IMG/VR virus record: IMGVR_UViG_3300021139_001059
DNA: 64,000 nucleotides
DNA from: an uncultured virus (IMG/VR IMGVR_UViG_3300021139_001059)
Taxonomy: Duplodnaviria; Heunggongvirae; Uroviricota; Caudoviricetes
Strand: one strand, 5' to 3'
The notes under the pieces were generated by a model that was given only the letters and a program-made list of their open reading frames with translations, was not told where the DNA came from and searched no databases. Positions 34,741 through 43,018 of the stretch are shown in pieces. How positions within the stretch are numbered: position 1 is the first letter of the stretch; every line of letters begins with the position of its first letter. A program made the position numbers and the translations under genes.

Positions 34741-35867
34741 TGATAACACTGAACCCTGATAAGTTCGGGTTCTATCAGGTCGGCGATAGATCAACCTATA
34801 GTAAACTCGAAGCTATTGAATGGGCTCGAACGACAAACACAAAGACGGAGTGGAATTTCAACCGCTCCGTCTTTGACGCTTTAGACTGGACTATAGAGCC
34901 CACTACAGATCTATGGCAAATGTATAAGACAAGAGCGAGACAGATACGTGAAGCATACGATTATGTTGTACTTTGGTACAGTGGCGGCTCTGATAGTCAT
35001 AATCTTCTCTTGGCTTGGATCGACGCTGGTCTTAAAATAGACGAGATCGCTACGACGTGGAACTATTCGGCTACCGGCGATCTACACAATCATTACAACG
35101 CAGAGATTACCAACGTCGTATTGCCCGATGTCAAGAAGTTAAAAGATTCGGGCATCGAATTCAAGTTCAGACTCGTAGACATCTCGACGTTCTGCATCGA
35201 CCTGTTCGATGTATGGGATAAAGAATACGAATACAACGTCAACTTTCATATCAGTCCTAACAACCCTGCTAAACACCTGTTCAGATACAAGATAGCAGAC
35301 TATAAGAACATGATCGAAGCAGGTAAGAAGCTGTGTTTCGTATGGGGCAAAGAGAAGCCAATCGTACGATACGAGAACGGTAAACACTATGCTCAGTTCA
35401 CTGACAGTATCGATAACACTGTGGGTCCATACGTACAGCGCAACTACTATCGTGGATGGTACGATGAGCTGTTCTATTGGACACCCGATTATCCGTCTCT
35501 TGCGATTAAGCAGGCACACGTGTTGAAGAACTACGTGAACGCATGTAACGACATCACACAGTTCGAACCGTACAACGCTAAGAAGTTTCAGATAGGCGGG
35601 TACTCACGTAAGTTCGATGGCTATCTCAAGGATGCATACGTGAAAACAGCTTTATATCCTCGATGGTCCAACGACATCTTCTGTAACGGCAAAGCGAGCT
35701 CGTTCGTCTACTCGTTGAGAGACGACTGGTTCTTAAACGGCAACGTCGACACGCGTAGTAAATATATGCAGATGGTAGACTCTATCTTCAATAACATCGA
35801 TCATGATGCAAATGAAGGACGCCGCAACATAATCCCTCATTACAGTCCTCAATATTGGTTAGAATGA
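34740..35867 (+). CDS. Adenine nucleotide alpha-hydrolase/PP-loop-like protein
   Basis: LWYSGGSDS motif. Confidence 0.65.
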   Translation: MITLNPDKFGFYQVGDRSTYSKLEAIEWARTTNTKTEWNFNRSVFDALDWTIEPTTDLWQMYKTRARQIREAYDYVVLWYSGGSDSHNLLLAWIDAGLKIDEIATTWNYSATGDLHNHYNAEITNVVLPDVKKLKDSGIEFKFRLVDISTFCIDLFDVWDKEYEYNVNFHISPNNPAKHLFRYKIADYKNMIEAGKKLCFVWGKEKPIVRYENGKHYAQFTDSIDNTVGPYVQRNYYRGWYDELFYWTPDYPSLAIKQAHVLKNYVNACNDITQFEPYNAKKFQIGGYSRKFDGYLKDAYVKTALYPRWSNDIFCNGKASSFVYSLRDDWFLNGNVDTRSKYMQMVDSIFNNIDHDANEGRRNIIPHYSPQYWLE

Positions 35868-36082
35868 CATACGTAGAGACTCAACTCAGAACTATCGCGA
35901 AGATCATTACGTGGCGTGTGTTGCTGACCGTCATGAACTTCACATACACATACGTCTACACCGGTGATTGGAGAGCTGGACTCGCTGTAGCGGGCATGGC
36001 TGCGATCGTCAACACGATCATCTATTGGGGTCACGAGCGTGGATGGAATCTCATACCGTGGGGCAAAGAGAGTGTTCAATAG
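35864..36082 (+). CDS. DUF2061-like small membrane protein
   Basis: RT.AK.ITWR...YW.HER.W..I.WG. Confidence 0.75.
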   Translation: MTYVETQLRTIAKIITWRVLLTVMNFTYTYVYTGDWRAGLAVAGMAAIVNTIIYWGHERGWNLIPWGKESVQ

Positions 36083-37451
36083 AGATACGTTCTGTACGAT
36101 GCCTTGGTCTTCTATCTTGATACTGCCTAGTGGCGACTTCAAGATATGTTGCTTCAGCGGTCATACAGTCAACAACGTCAACACACACGGCGTCGCTGTA
36201 GATGATGACGGCAACGTGATGAATGTACTGACGCATGACATCATGGACGCTATGAACAGTAAGTGGCACAGAGAAGTAAGACTCGCACAGTCTAGGGGTG
36301 AACGACACGAGATGTGCAGGGTGTGTTGGGATAGAGACGACGCAGCTAAAACACAGGGTGAGATCTCGACGTCTCTTCGCGTCGTACGATCGTACTATCA
36401 GAGTGAATGGGGTAGAGACAATAAACCAGACAGACAGGGCGGACACCCTATGGTTGGTGCTGTTGGTTATGAAAACGCCGATGAGTCGATGGATGTCGAC
36501 GGTCGTATAGTGACGATGCCCATATCGTTAGACATTCGATTCAGCAACCTGTGTAACTCTAAGTGCATTATGTGTGATCCGCTCTACAGCAGTCTGTGGT
36601 ACGAGGATCAGATACTGGTAAACAAAAAACGACACTTCGATGTGGGTACTAAACGCTACAACATCGAGAAAGTCGTGGGTGTCAACAGGTCTACGTATCG
36701 CGATGATATGCCTGACTGGAACGACGACCCGAGATGGTGGGCTCAGTTCGATAAGATGGCTCCACACCTGAGACACATCTATATTACGGGAGGCGAACCG
36801 TTCGTGCAACCCGTACACGACGTATTCATACAGAAGCTCGTAGATCGTGGGTATGCCAAAGACATCGTCATCGAGTACGATACGAACCTGACGGTGTTAA
36901 ATCCGAAGATCCTCAACATGCTGAAAGAGTTTAAGGACATCATCATACGCGTGTCTCTCGACGGCGTGGGTGAGCAGTACAACCTCATTCGATTCCCTGC
37001 TAAGTTTGATCGTGTAGTCTCTAATATCGAGATGCTAGAGGCATACGGGCTGAAAGACAAGATCGTCAACATCACGTGTTGTATCGGCATCTATTCCATA
37101 TTCTCTCCTATCGAACACGATAAGTTCTTTAGACCGCGTGGCTATACCAACTTTGTCAATCGTCTGCTCAGATCACCATCACAGGTCGACATCAGGAACT
37201 TGCCTCGTTCGATCAAGGAAAAGGTGATCCAGATATACGAAGATTCGGGCATATCGGGTTACGATTCGAAGCACGTAGTGGGTTATCTCAAGAACAATCT
37301 CGATACGTATACAGACGACGAGTGTAGACCGTTGATGGCTCAGTTCATCAACTACATGAACAGTCTCGATCGCGTGAGAGGTACCGACTGGACTAAGACG
37401 TTCCCGGAGGTATATAAGCTCATCGAAGATTTCTATAGCGGTGTACAATGA
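36072..37451 (+). CDS. Radical SAM protein with N-terminal SPASM/twitch-like domain
   Basis: FC.MPW...G.FK.CC; CNSKCIMC; ITGGEPF; start GTG 36072 or track start 36039. Confidence 0.88.
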   Translation: MFNRDTFCTMPWSSILILPSGDFKICCFSGHTVNNVNTHGVAVDDDGNVMNVLTHDIMDAMNSKWHREVRLAQSRGERHEMCRVCWDRDDAAKTQGEISTSLRVVRSYYQSEWGRDNKPDRQGGHPMVGAVGYENADESMDVDGRIVTMPISLDIRFSNLCNSKCIMCDPLYSSLWYEDQILVNKKRHFDVGTKRYNIEKVVGVNRSTYRDDMPDWNDDPRWWAQFDKMAPHLRHIYITGGEPFVQPVHDVFIQKLVDRGYAKDIVIEYDTNLTVLNPKILNMLKEFKDIIIRVSLDGVGEQYNLIRFPAKFDRVVSNIEMLEAYGLKDKIVNITCCIGIYSIFSPIEHDKFFRPRGYTNFVNRLLRSPSQVDIRNLPRSIKEKVIQIYEDSGISGYDSKHVVGYLKNNLDTYTDDECRPLMAQFINYMNSLDRVRGTDWTKTFPEVYKLIEDFYSGVQ

Positions 37452-37469
37452 CTCCTGCTGTGGTATAAT
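37442..37469 (+). promoter_or_regulatory. Early/middle promoter for gene 33
   Basis: TGTACA-16 bp-TATAAT. Confidence 0.6.
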
Positions 37470-37490
37470 AGAGTATGAATAGGAGATTAT

Positions 37491-37721
37491 ATGATCAGTG
37501 CAATGACTGCTGCCAATACGTTCAACGAAGAGATCGAGAAGCTGCGTAGGGCTAAGAACCTCGAGTACATCGATGCCGTGATCTATTGGTGTGAGAAGAA
37601 CAACCTAGAGATCGAGTTCGCAGCCACTCTGATCAAGAAGGATCCCGTCTTTCGGGCAAAGATACAGGTCGAGGGCGAGAACCTCAACTTTCTGAAGCGT
37701 GGGGCAAGATTACCTATATAG
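37491..37721 (+). CDS. 33: Late transcription coactivator gp33
   Basis: F..EIE......YIDA...CE.N..E.E...LNFLK..ARLPI; synteny with 59 and 32. Confidence 0.85.
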   Translation: MISAMTAANTFNEEIEKLRRAKNLEYIDAVIYWCEKNNLEIEFAATLIKKDPVFRAKIQVEGENLNFLKRGARLPI

Positions 37722-37748
37722 ACATGTGCAGTCTAACGAGGGTGGCTC

Positions 37749-38201
37749 ATGTATCTGAAGAGCAAGGGAAAGCCGACTAAGATACCTCTAAAGCTTTGTA
37801 AGAAAGCTGTCAAACACTACGCACAACGCCTGTTAGGCCCGAGACTGTATCATCTCATAGAGTTAGAGATTCATTTCACCAGCGAGGATGTGGACAGAGA
37901 CGTGTACGCGTACTGTGACTGGAACGACTCTAACATCAGAGCGAGAGACTTCACTATAACTATTAGACCAGACTTGAACAAGAAGCAGATGTTGTTGGCT
38001 TTGGCACACGAGATGGTGCATGTTAAGCAGTATGCTAAGGGAGAGTTGAGGGACTACGTGCGCACTAACAAGTGTAAGTGGCGTGACGAGGTGTACGACG
38101 ATCGTGTGGATTACTGGGATACTCCGTGGGAGATCGAGGCGCACGGGCGTGAGAAGGGTCTATACGTAGGTTTCATCAAGAGCGAGAGAAGAAATGGGTA
38201 A
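37749..38201 (+). CDS. Zinc metallopeptidase-like protein
   Basis: LAHEMVHVKQY, YWDTPWEIEA. Confidence 0.75.
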   Translation: MYLKSKGKPTKIPLKLCKKAVKHYAQRLLGPRLYHLIELEIHFTSEDVDRDVYAYCDWNDSNIRARDFTITIRPDLNKKQMLLALAHEMVHVKQYAKGELRDYVRTNKCKWRDEVYDDRVDYWDTPWEIEAHGREKGLYVGFIKSERRNG

Positions 38202-38457
38202 AACTGTGAGTGTGTTTGTCGAGACAGACGTAGACGTCGACCTAGACGAATTCTATGTGGGCGATCTCATAGACTATATTCGTAGTAAGGGATATACGGT
38301 GACGAAGGGCGATGGTCCGTACAATAAAGACTTCGATATCGACAGAGAGGTGTGGAGTCTGTATCAGACGTTCTTGACGGACAACGGCGAGGGTAACAAG
38401 ATGGACAGAGAGCTGCGTAAGTTCTTTGCGGGGTACTACAATAAAGTCAGTATATGA
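38194..38457 (+). CDS. hypothetical protein
   Basis: 87 aa ORF coupled to neighbours. Confidence 0.6.
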   Translation: MGKTVSVFVETDVDVDLDEFYVGDLIDYIRSKGYTVTKGDGPYNKDFDIDREVWSLYQTFLTDNGEGNKMDRELRKFFAGYYNKVSI

Positions 38458-39041
38458 GCATGTCGGCATTTGAGGCGTATAGAGAGTATGTTGCGCTCAA
38501 GCAGCATTTTACTAAAGCGGAGTACGACTACTTCAAGTTCAAGGGTAAGTTGAAGTCTGTGTCGCCCGCGTCGTTCGATAAGCGTAACGACAAGTTGTTT
38601 TTTCAGAAGCTAGCGAAGCATGATGATCCTCAGGGTCTGATCGTGTCTAATCTGTTACGAGACAAGAGGTTATGGATCAGGGACATCGCGTACAGCGAGG
38701 TTGCCGAGAAGACGTATCGTGACTGGTTGAAGAAGCAGCAGTCGTTGATGTACGTGTTTAAGCAGGAGTTAATGGCGTTGGATTCGAACTTCGATTCGAA
38801 CTTCAGGGTCGTGGGTAATCATCCGGGTCTGATGAGGTTGTATCTAGGAAAGAAGATCAGTCTCGAGACGCTGGTGATACTGGTGGATCTGGTAGGGTGT
38901 ATGTCTTACTGGGCTCGTCAGTTACAGTATGATCCCGTTGCGGAGGAGGTGTTGGATACTATGAAGAAGTATCGACCGTTCTTACGATACGATCGGGAGA
39001 GGGCGAAGAGTGTTGTACTTGATGCCTTTGGTGTGGTATGA
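38454..39041 (+). CDS. 59: Helicase loader gp59
   Basis: Y.ALK.HF....YDYFK..GK, F.KR.D..FF.KL, ISLETLVI. Confidence 0.9.
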   Translation: MSMSAFEAYREYVALKQHFTKAEYDYFKFKGKLKSVSPASFDKRNDKLFFQKLAKHDDPQGLIVSNLLRDKRLWIRDIAYSEVAEKTYRDWLKKQQSLMYVFKQELMALDSNFDSNFRVVGNHPGLMRLYLGKKISLETLVILVDLVGCMSYWARQLQYDPVAEEVLDTMKKYRPFLRYDRERAKSVVLDAFGVV

Positions 39042-39042
39042 T
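39014..39042 (+). promoter_or_regulatory. Promoter for gene 32
   Basis: TGTACT-17 bp-TATGAT. Confidence 0.55.
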
Positions 39043-39111
39043 ATATAGTATGCCGGTAATGAGGCCGGGTATACGACTAATACGAAGAATACTAACAATA
39101 CGGAGAATACG

Positions 39112-40038
39112 ATGGTAGATTTTAACAAGCTGAAGCAGATGAGTGGCAGTGCGGCTCTTAGTAAGTTGACGGCTGAGGTTAACAAGATGAACGGTGGCGG
39201 AGAGAAGTCCGTCGATGACCGTGAGTGGCGTCCGGGTGTGGACAAGGCTGGCAACGGGTATGCAGTGATTCGTTTCCTTCCGCCGCCTCCTAACGAGGAC
39301 ATGCCGTTCGTGAGGGTGTTCTCTCATGGCTTCAAGGGTCCGACTGGATCTTGGTACATCGAGAACTCGTTGACGACTATCGGTCAGCAGGATCCGGTGG
39401 GCGAGTACAACTCACAGCTCTGGAACTCTGGCCTCGAGTCAGACAAGGAGATCGCGAGAGCGCAGAAGCGTAGGCTTACATATATCTCTAACGTGTACGT
39501 GATCACCGATCAGATGAACCCCGAGAACGAGGGCAAAGTCTTTCTGTTCAAGTACGGCAAGAAGATCTTCGATAAGCTGAACGATGCTATGAACCCTACT
39601 TTCCCGGGAGACCAGCCGATCAATCCCTTCGACTTCTGGGCGGGTGCTAACTTCAAGCTGAAGATCAGAAACGTAGAGGGATATCGCAACTACGACAAGT
39701 CCGAACTCGATTCACCCTTGCCGCTCTCTAACGACGACGACAAGCTAGAAGCTATCTGGAAACAGGAATACTCTCTACAAGAATTCCTCGCACCCTCTAA
39801 CTTCAAGTCATACGCCGAACTGAAAGAGAAGCTGAACAGAGTCCTTGGTCTAGACGACTCCACTGTAGGCAAGACTCCAGCAGCAGCGAGAGCCACAGCT
39901 ACACCAAAAGACTACGAAGACTCATGGAAACAGGAATCTGCCCCAGCATTCAAGCAGGCAGCCTCTCCGACTCCAGCATCAGTAGATACGGACGAGGACG
40001 ACGAGTCACTCGAGTTTTTCAAGAAGTTGGCCGGTTAG
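39112..40038 (+). CDS. 32: Single-stranded DNA-binding protein gp32
   Basis: GNGYAVIRFLP, WYIENSLTT, YGKKIFDK, GANFKLKIR, NYDKS, acidic tail. Confidence 0.96.
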   Translation: MVDFNKLKQMSGSAALSKLTAEVNKMNGGGEKSVDDREWRPGVDKAGNGYAVIRFLPPPPNEDMPFVRVFSHGFKGPTGSWYIENSLTTIGQQDPVGEYNSQLWNSGLESDKEIARAQKRRLTYISNVYVITDQMNPENEGKVFLFKYGKKIFDKLNDAMNPTFPGDQPINPFDFWAGANFKLKIRNVEGYRNYDKSELDSPLPLSNDDDKLEAIWKQEYSLQEFLAPSNFKSYAELKEKLNRVLGLDDSTVGKTPAAARATATPKDYEDSWKQESAPAFKQAASPTPASVDTDEDDESLEFFKKLAG

Positions 40039-40126
40039 GCCAACAGAAGTTGGCCGGTTAGGCCAACAGAAGTTGGCCGGTTAGGCCAACAGAAGTTGGC
40101 CGGTTAGGCCAACAGAAGTTGGCCGG
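40022..40126. repeat. 23-bp palindromic tandem repeat, 4 copies plus 13 bp
   Basis: Unit AGAAGTTGGCCGGTTAGGCCAAC at 40022, 40045, 40068, 40091; partial at 40114. Confidence 0.95.
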
Positions 40127-40187
40127 CTGAGTTTCTTACAAGAAATTGCCACAGGCCTACACGACACACGCGACACAACATAGAGAG

Positions 40188-40214
40188 AAGGGCAGCTGAA
40201 TGGCTGCCCTTTTT
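40188..40214 (+). terminator. Rho-independent terminator at convergent junction
   Basis: AAGGGCAGC-TGAATG-GCTGCCCTT-TTT. Confidence 0.8.
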
Positions 40215-40291
40215 AGTATTATAACGATATAAAGATATGTTTATATACTTATATTTTAATGCGATTAAAACGCTTAAAATTAAATCGGTGA

Positions 40292-40867
40292 TTAGGTCAT
40301 CTTCGCGACTTTTTCTTGACCGCGGGTGTAGCTCGTAATGCCTAAGATCGCGCCGAACGAGAGGTGAATGAGCCCGCCGTTGCTTAACGTGAGCGACTGC
40401 CATGCGACGTAAGGCATCTTGGTGATGATCGGCACGAAGATAGACACGATAGGGAACGCGATGAAGTCACAGAAGCACATCAGCATATACAGCCATCCCA
40501 TAGCAGGACGCCAGTAAGCCTTCATCCAGTGTTCGTCTTCTTTCTTCAGCTGCTGGTCGGCTATCTCTTTGTCTATAGAGACTTCTGCTAAACCGACTTG
40601 AGCCTGTGCTTGGACTTGTGCCGTCTGCATCTGCATCTGGACAGTCTGCTGGGCCATAGTCGAGTTCATGCCAGAGTTGACGTTGTTGTCGATGATCGTG
40701 ACTTGGGGTTGTGGCGGCGGAGTGTAAGCTGGTGGGGGTGGAGTAGGTGCTGGAGGTGGAGGTGGAGGTGGATCTACCTCAGCTGCTACTGGAGCCGGCT
40801 TCGCTGGGACGGCTCTCTCTGCTGGTGGTGTTGGTTCTTCGTCTGCTGGTCTACCGAATTTAGCCAT
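40292..40867 (-). CDS. Holin-like protein (GTA 3TM family) with Pro-rich N-terminus
   Basis: WRPAMGWLY TM; GAILG....RG.EK C-terminus. Confidence 0.65.
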   Translation of the reverse strand: MAKFGRPADEEPTPPAERAVPAKPAPVAAEVDPPPPPPPAPTPPPPAYTPPPQPQVTIIDNNVNSGMNSTMAQQTVQMQMQTAQVQAQAQVGLAEVSIDKEIADQQLKKEDEHWMKAYWRPAMGWLYMLMCFCDFIAFPIVSIFVPIITKMPYVAWQSLTLSNGGLIHLSFGAILGITSYTRGQEKVAKMT

Positions 40868-40912
40868 TATGATTGTTCCTTCTTGTTGGCAACTCAGATA
40901 TGATATCGCTAT

Positions 40913-43018
40913 TTAGTGTCCGGGAATCATCATCTTCAGTAGATCGGAAGACGACGTGCTCGGCGGTGTCTTGTCTGAAGCGTACGACTTCTTGCTCTTG
41001 CTAGAAGAGGGTGCTGACGTCTGTCTGCTGCTAGCTGGTCTGCTTCTTGCTGGCTGCTGGTAAGCGGGCGCTTGTACGTTCGGACGAAGTGAAGAGCCGG
41101 CTCTCATAGAAGCCGAGATCGATTGACCGAAGCTCGGGCCGGGTAAGCTGGTTCCAGAGAAGGTGTCGCCTACTAGACTAGAGGCTTGTGATTCTTCTCC
41201 GTGTGGTAAGACGAAGTCGCCTGCTTGTAGGTTCTCGACATGAGGGCCTTCTACTATAGATCGCGTGATGCCGCTAGCGCTGACGACTTTCTCTGACCCT
41301 AGCTCTCCGACCAACGCTCTTCCCGTAGACTCTACTAAGCCGCCAGCAGCGTAGCCCTTCATGTGCTGCGCTAGCGCTTCCTTAGCAAACTCCGGTATAG
41401 AGTCGGAGTGATACGACGGACCCCACACGCGACGTCCCTCTGTGTCTAAGTGGACAGAACCGGCCTTGTAGACGCCGATGCCGCCGATGCCTATCTTCGA
41501 AGCGGCTTGCACGAGCTTGATCGTCTTGTCCTGATCAGCAGCTATCTTCACGTCGACAGCGTTGCCTCTCAAGTGAGCCGAGTTACGCGCGCCTCCTGCA
41601 GAAGCATTTCTCTCTGGACTACGATAGCCAGACGTGACTACTATGTCGCTGAACTCTCCCTGAAGAGCTTTCAGCTTGGAAGCTATGTCGCCGCCGATGT
41701 TCGAGTCGACGCCCTCTCTGAACTTGAGTCCGTTCACGTCTGTCGTGTTGCCTACTGGACCAGAGTCGCCCTCTCCAGAACCGGTCTCTCCCGGCTTGTT
41801 TTCTCCCGGCTTAGTCTCTGAACCCAGGCCTCCCTGAGCGTCGCCCTCGTCGTTCTCTCTCTGCTGCTCGTTGCGTTCTCTGACCGGCGCTGTCCCGTTC
41901 TGTATGTTGAACAGGTCGTTAGCTTGTCCCAGCAGTACGATCTCCTTAGCGACGATCTGCATCTCTTCGGCTTTGTAGCGAATCTCGTCTTTAGCGTCGA
42001 AGACGATCTGCTCGCGCGAGTAAGAAGCGTCTTTGGCTGCGTCTGCATGAACGCTCTCTGCACTGATCACGCTGTCGCCCACTAGCCCCTTAGCGTTGCC
42101 CTGGTTTTCCTCTGGCTTCTTTTCGTCTTCCTTCATCACCCACTCGACGATCTTGTCGACGAGCGCTTCGACGTCTGCCTCCGCATAAGAAGCAGCTACG
42201 TAGCCGGCGACGAAGCCAGCGATGATGACGAGGATGTCGAACGGACCGGTCTCGATGCCCAACGCACCGGCTACTATAGCCGTCACAGTAGCAGCTAGCC
42301 ACGCGATGCCGTAGAGAGCAGCGAACGCGAGGTAGAGTTTCATCAACTCCTTCTTCATCTCCGTCTTGTCGATCTCGCCGCTTCTGTAGCGAGACACGAT
42401 GCTGAACGTCGCCTGCGCTAGCTCGTAGATAGCGTAAGCGATGAAGACCTTGTTTGCTCCCTCCGCGACTTTTCCAGAAGTGCTTCCGCCCTTACCCTCT
42501 GCCTTGGGTTCTTCTGCCTTCGGCTTCTTCGCTTCTTCTTCGGCTTTCGTCTTCTCTTCTTCCTTAGCTTTGTCTTCCTTAGCCTTCTCTTCCTCTTTCG
42601 CTTTTTCTTCTTCCTTAGCCTTCTCTTCTTCCTTGGCTTTCTCTTCAGCCTTGTCGCCCTTCGGTCTTCTTCCCAGCGGAATAGACATGCCACCTCCGCC
42701 ACCGAGCTCGTTCAGGATGGCTTCGAGGAGAGCGTTCTGCTGAGCGAGCAAGTCGCCGTTAGACATCAGCAGAGAGTTAGTGATCATCGACGTCTGGTCG
42801 AGGCTGTTCAGCGCAGCGAGTACTGGCTTCTGTGAGTTCTCTCTTTCCTTGTCGCTGTCAGGGCGAGTCTTGCGAAACTTCTCCATGACTCTGTACATGT
42901 TAGGAAAAGCCGTCTTCAGCAGGAGGCTACTCAGCTGACCCTGCTTCTTAGCGTTGACGACACGAGCAGCTGTCGGAAAAGCTACTTCGCCTATCTTACC
43001 GAGGAACGTATCTGCCAT
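40913..43018 (-). CDS. Tail/baseplate-hub associated protein with M15-type peptidase domain
   Basis: TSGYRS..RN...S.HL.G.AVD...GIG.Y...HLD; TM segments; KAKEEE repeats. Confidence 0.7.
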   Translation of the reverse strand: MADTFLGKIGEVAFPTAARVVNAKKQGQLSSLLLKTAFPNMYRVMEKFRKTRPDSDKERENSQKPVLAALNSLDQTSMITNSLLMSNGDLLAQQNALLEAILNELGGGGGMSIPLGRRPKGDKAEEKAKEEEKAKEEEKAKEEEKAKEDKAKEEEKTKAEEEAKKPKAEEPKAEGKGGSTSGKVAEGANKVFIAYAIYELAQATFSIVSRYRSGEIDKTEMKKELMKLYLAFAALYGIAWLAATVTAIVAGALGIETGPFDILVIIAGFVAGYVAASYAEADVEALVDKIVEWVMKEDEKKPEENQGNAKGLVGDSVISAESVHADAAKDASYSREQIVFDAKDEIRYKAEEMQIVAKEIVLLGQANDLFNIQNGTAPVRERNEQQRENDEGDAQGGLGSETKPGENKPGETGSGEGDSGPVGNTTDVNGLKFREGVDSNIGGDIASKLKALQGEFSDIVVTSGYRSPERNASAGGARNSAHLRGNAVDVKIAADQDKTIKLVQAASKIGIGGIGVYKAGSVHLDTEGRRVWGPSYHSDSIPEFAKEALAQHMKGYAAGGLVESTGRALVGELGSEKVVSASGITRSIVEGPHVENLQAGDFVLPHGEESQASSLVGDTFSGTSLPGPSFGQSISASMRAGSSLRPNVQAPAYQQPARSRPASSRQTSAPSSSKSKKSYASDKTPPSTSSSDLLKMMIPGH

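Noticed and set aside
34740..37451. QueC/QueE 7-deazaguanine pathway
   Set aside because: SGGSDS protein lacks the QueC C-terminal Cys cluster, the radical SAM is far longer than QueE, and no folE, queD or dpdA is in the window
40022..40126. CRISPR array
   Set aside because: Units are directly adjacent and identical with no unique spacers; no cas operon in the window
40255..40285. CtrA box in the AT-rich tract
   Set aside because: TTAA half-sites are spaced by 5 and 2 nt, not the canonical 7
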